Positions 62,466 through 64,000 of a stretch of 64,000 nucleotides of DNA are shown here, piece by piece. The stretch comes from an uncultured Pseudomonadota bacterium (GTDB lineage: Bacteria > Pseudomonadota > Gammaproteobacteria > Methylococcales > Methylomonadaceae), in the NCBI GenBank assembly GCA_903876445.1, contig CAIQZX010000011.1, positions 1,543 to 65,542 of the forward strand, in the 5' to 3' direction. Every line of letters starts with the position of its first letter. Position 1 is the first letter of the stretch. A program made the translations under genes and the position numbers. The notes under the pieces are model-generated. The model made no database searches, was not told the DNA's origin, and worked only from the letters and a program-made list of their open reading frames with translations.

Positions 62466-64000
62466 ATGTTGAAAATAATCTGGTTATTGGGCTTGTGTTT
62501 AATTTATCAGCCAGTTTCTTATGCTTTAGATACGGTAACGCTGCAATTAAAATGGACACATCAATTTCAATTTGCCGGTTATTACATGGCAGAAGCGAAA
62601 GGTTTTTATCGTGAAGCAGGTTTACAAGTTAATTTTATTGAGGGTGGATTTAACGTCAACCCAGTAAATGAAGTTTTAAGTGAACACGCTAACTTTGGCG
62701 TAGGAAGTAGCAGTTTAATTCTTGATCGAAGCTCAGGAAAACCTGTTGTGGTTTTGGGTGTTATCTTTCAACATTCACCGCACATTTTGTTAATGCTAAA
62801 ATCTCCACCAACACAATCCATACATGATATTGTTGGCAAACGTTTGGCACTTGAACCACAAGCCGCAAGTGAATTATTGGCTTATGTTCAAAAGGAAGGC
62901 GTACCCATTGAAAGTCTTTCTATCATTTATTTTTCGCCCGAACTTCAAGATTTAATTCAAGGTCGTGCAGATGTAATGTCAGCATACAGCACAGACGAAC
63001 CTTATGAACTGGATAAATTAAAAATCCCTTATGCCATTTATAGCCCTCGTTCAGCAGGGATTGATTTTTATGGCGATAATTTTTTCACATCCGAAACGGA
63101 AATTAAATATCATCCCGAACGAGTTAAAGCCTTTCGAGAAGCCACGATTAAAGGCTGGAAATATGCGATGAGCCATATTGATGAAACGGTCGATTTAATT
63201 CACAGTGATTACGCCGGATTTATACCAAAAGAACATTTGCATTATGAAGCGAATGCAATGAAATCGTTAATTCAATCTAATTACACGGAAATAGGCTATA
63301 TGTTTGAAGGACGTTGGCAACACGTCGTGCAAACTTACGCAGAATTAGGTATGTTGCCAACTAATTTTTCGCTAGCCAATTTTTTATATTCACCGAATCC
63401 AGTCCCACCAGATTTTCGTTTAATCGCGTCGTTAATCGGTGCGATACTTTTTATTTTTATTATTAGTTTTGTGGCATTACGTTTTTTCCGATTGAATAAA
63501 AAATTAGATAAATTACTTTATATTCGTAATCAACACGCTAATTTGGGTGTATCTATGGACAACATTTCACATCAATGGAAACAACCGCTTAACGAATTGG
63601 GCGTACACATGATGTTGATTGAGATGATGTTAGAATCAAAATCCGTTGACGAAACGCGGGAAGAAATTAAAAAGATTGTCACAAAAAGTCATCATATTTT
63701 AGAGTTCATGGCGGAAACTGTTGATGTATTTAGGCATTTTTTATCAAATAATCGCCAAGTTAGCCTGATTGATCCCACAATAATGATTCTCGAAACGTTA
63801 CAATTAGTCACTGAAAATTTTACACTGGACTCAATTGAAATTTCACATGACTTACAAAAAGGAATGTTTGTTAGCGGTAATGGAACGGAATTTTCTCATG
63901 TGTTATTAAGTATTCTTGTGAATGCGAAAGATATGTTTCATGAACGCGCGATAAGAAATGCGAAAATTAAAATTCGAGTCTTCCGTTCGACAAAACAAGT
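62466..64000 (+). CDS. Sensor histidine kinase with periplasmic NMT1/THI5-like (SBP-type) domain; partial, runs off the window end
   Basis: My own translation is open from ATG 62466 to 64000. It shows a signal/TM segment, LQLKWTHQFQFAGYYMAEAKGFYREAGL (the NMT1/SsuA-like signature), a TM helix (LIASLIGAILFIFIISFVAL) and an H-box ISHQWKQPLNEL. It lies 3 nt after the response-regulator gene. Confidence 0.8.
   Translation, partial: MLKIIWLLGLCLIYQPVSYALDTVTLQLKWTHQFQFAGYYMAEAKGFYREAGLQVNFIEGGFNVNPVNEVLSEHANFGVGSSSLILDRSSGKPVVVLGVIFQHSPHILLMLKSPPTQSIHDIVGKRLALEPQAASELLAYVQKEGVPIESLSIIYFSPELQDLIQGRADVMSAYSTDEPYELDKLKIPYAIYSPRSAGIDFYGDNFFTSETEIKYHPERVKAFREATIKGWKYAMSHIDETVDLIHSDYAGFIPKEHLHYEANAMKSLIQSNYTEIGYMFEGRWQHVVQTYAELGMLPTNFSLANFLYSPNPVPPDFRLIASLIGAILFIFIISFVALRFFRLNKKLDKLLYIRNQHANLGVSMDNISHQWKQPLNELGVHMMLIEMMLESKSVDETREEIKKIVTKSHHILEFMAETVDVFRHFLSNNRQVSLIDPTIMILETLQLVTENFTLDSIEISHDLQKGMFVSGNGTEFSHVLLSILVNAKDMFHERAIRNAKIKIRVFRSTKQ

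Overview
AT-rich gammaproteobacterial chromosomal segment. It is mostly housekeeping genes: secA, aspS, dapF, tldD, dapE, queCE, the full ybgC-tolQRAB-pal-cpoB cluster, ruvB, glk, ribA, cca, rapA, thrS-infC-rpmI-rplT and tRNA-Val. Several accessory pockets interrupt it. (1) 4.6-7.5 kb holds a hairpin-bracketed, translationally coupled gene pair: a signal-less DUF1566 (lectin-fold-like) protein with a roughly 290-residue E/K/R helix, followed by an orphan BrxL-like AAA+ ATPase with no Lon-protease half and no BREX partners. This is my best candidate for an undescribed conflict or defence system. (2) 44.3-53 kb holds one minus-strand gene string: a sensor kinase lacking the phospho-acceptor His, three unknown secreted proteins (two with a predicted mature N-terminal His, two sharing a new Cys-bracketed repeat module), a TlpA-like thioredoxin, DUF4266, a DUF3570 plus His/Met-rich barrel fusion carrying a textbook ApbE flavinylation motif, and ApbE. 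I read it as a candidate extracytoplasmic flavin/copper redox system. (3) 36.4-43.2 kb is a hopanoid island (hpnH, sqs, shc, hpnG) flanked by MlaA and MlaC/HpnM-like lipid-trafficking genes, with an HpnN-like RND gene at 7.5-10.1 kb. (4) An intact StbD/RelE-type toxin-antitoxin pair and a set of decayed toxin-antitoxin remnants flank ruvB, which is separated from ruvA. No CRISPR array, transposase, phage integrase or rRNA was seen. All family assignments come from reading the translations and recalling motifs; no database search was run.
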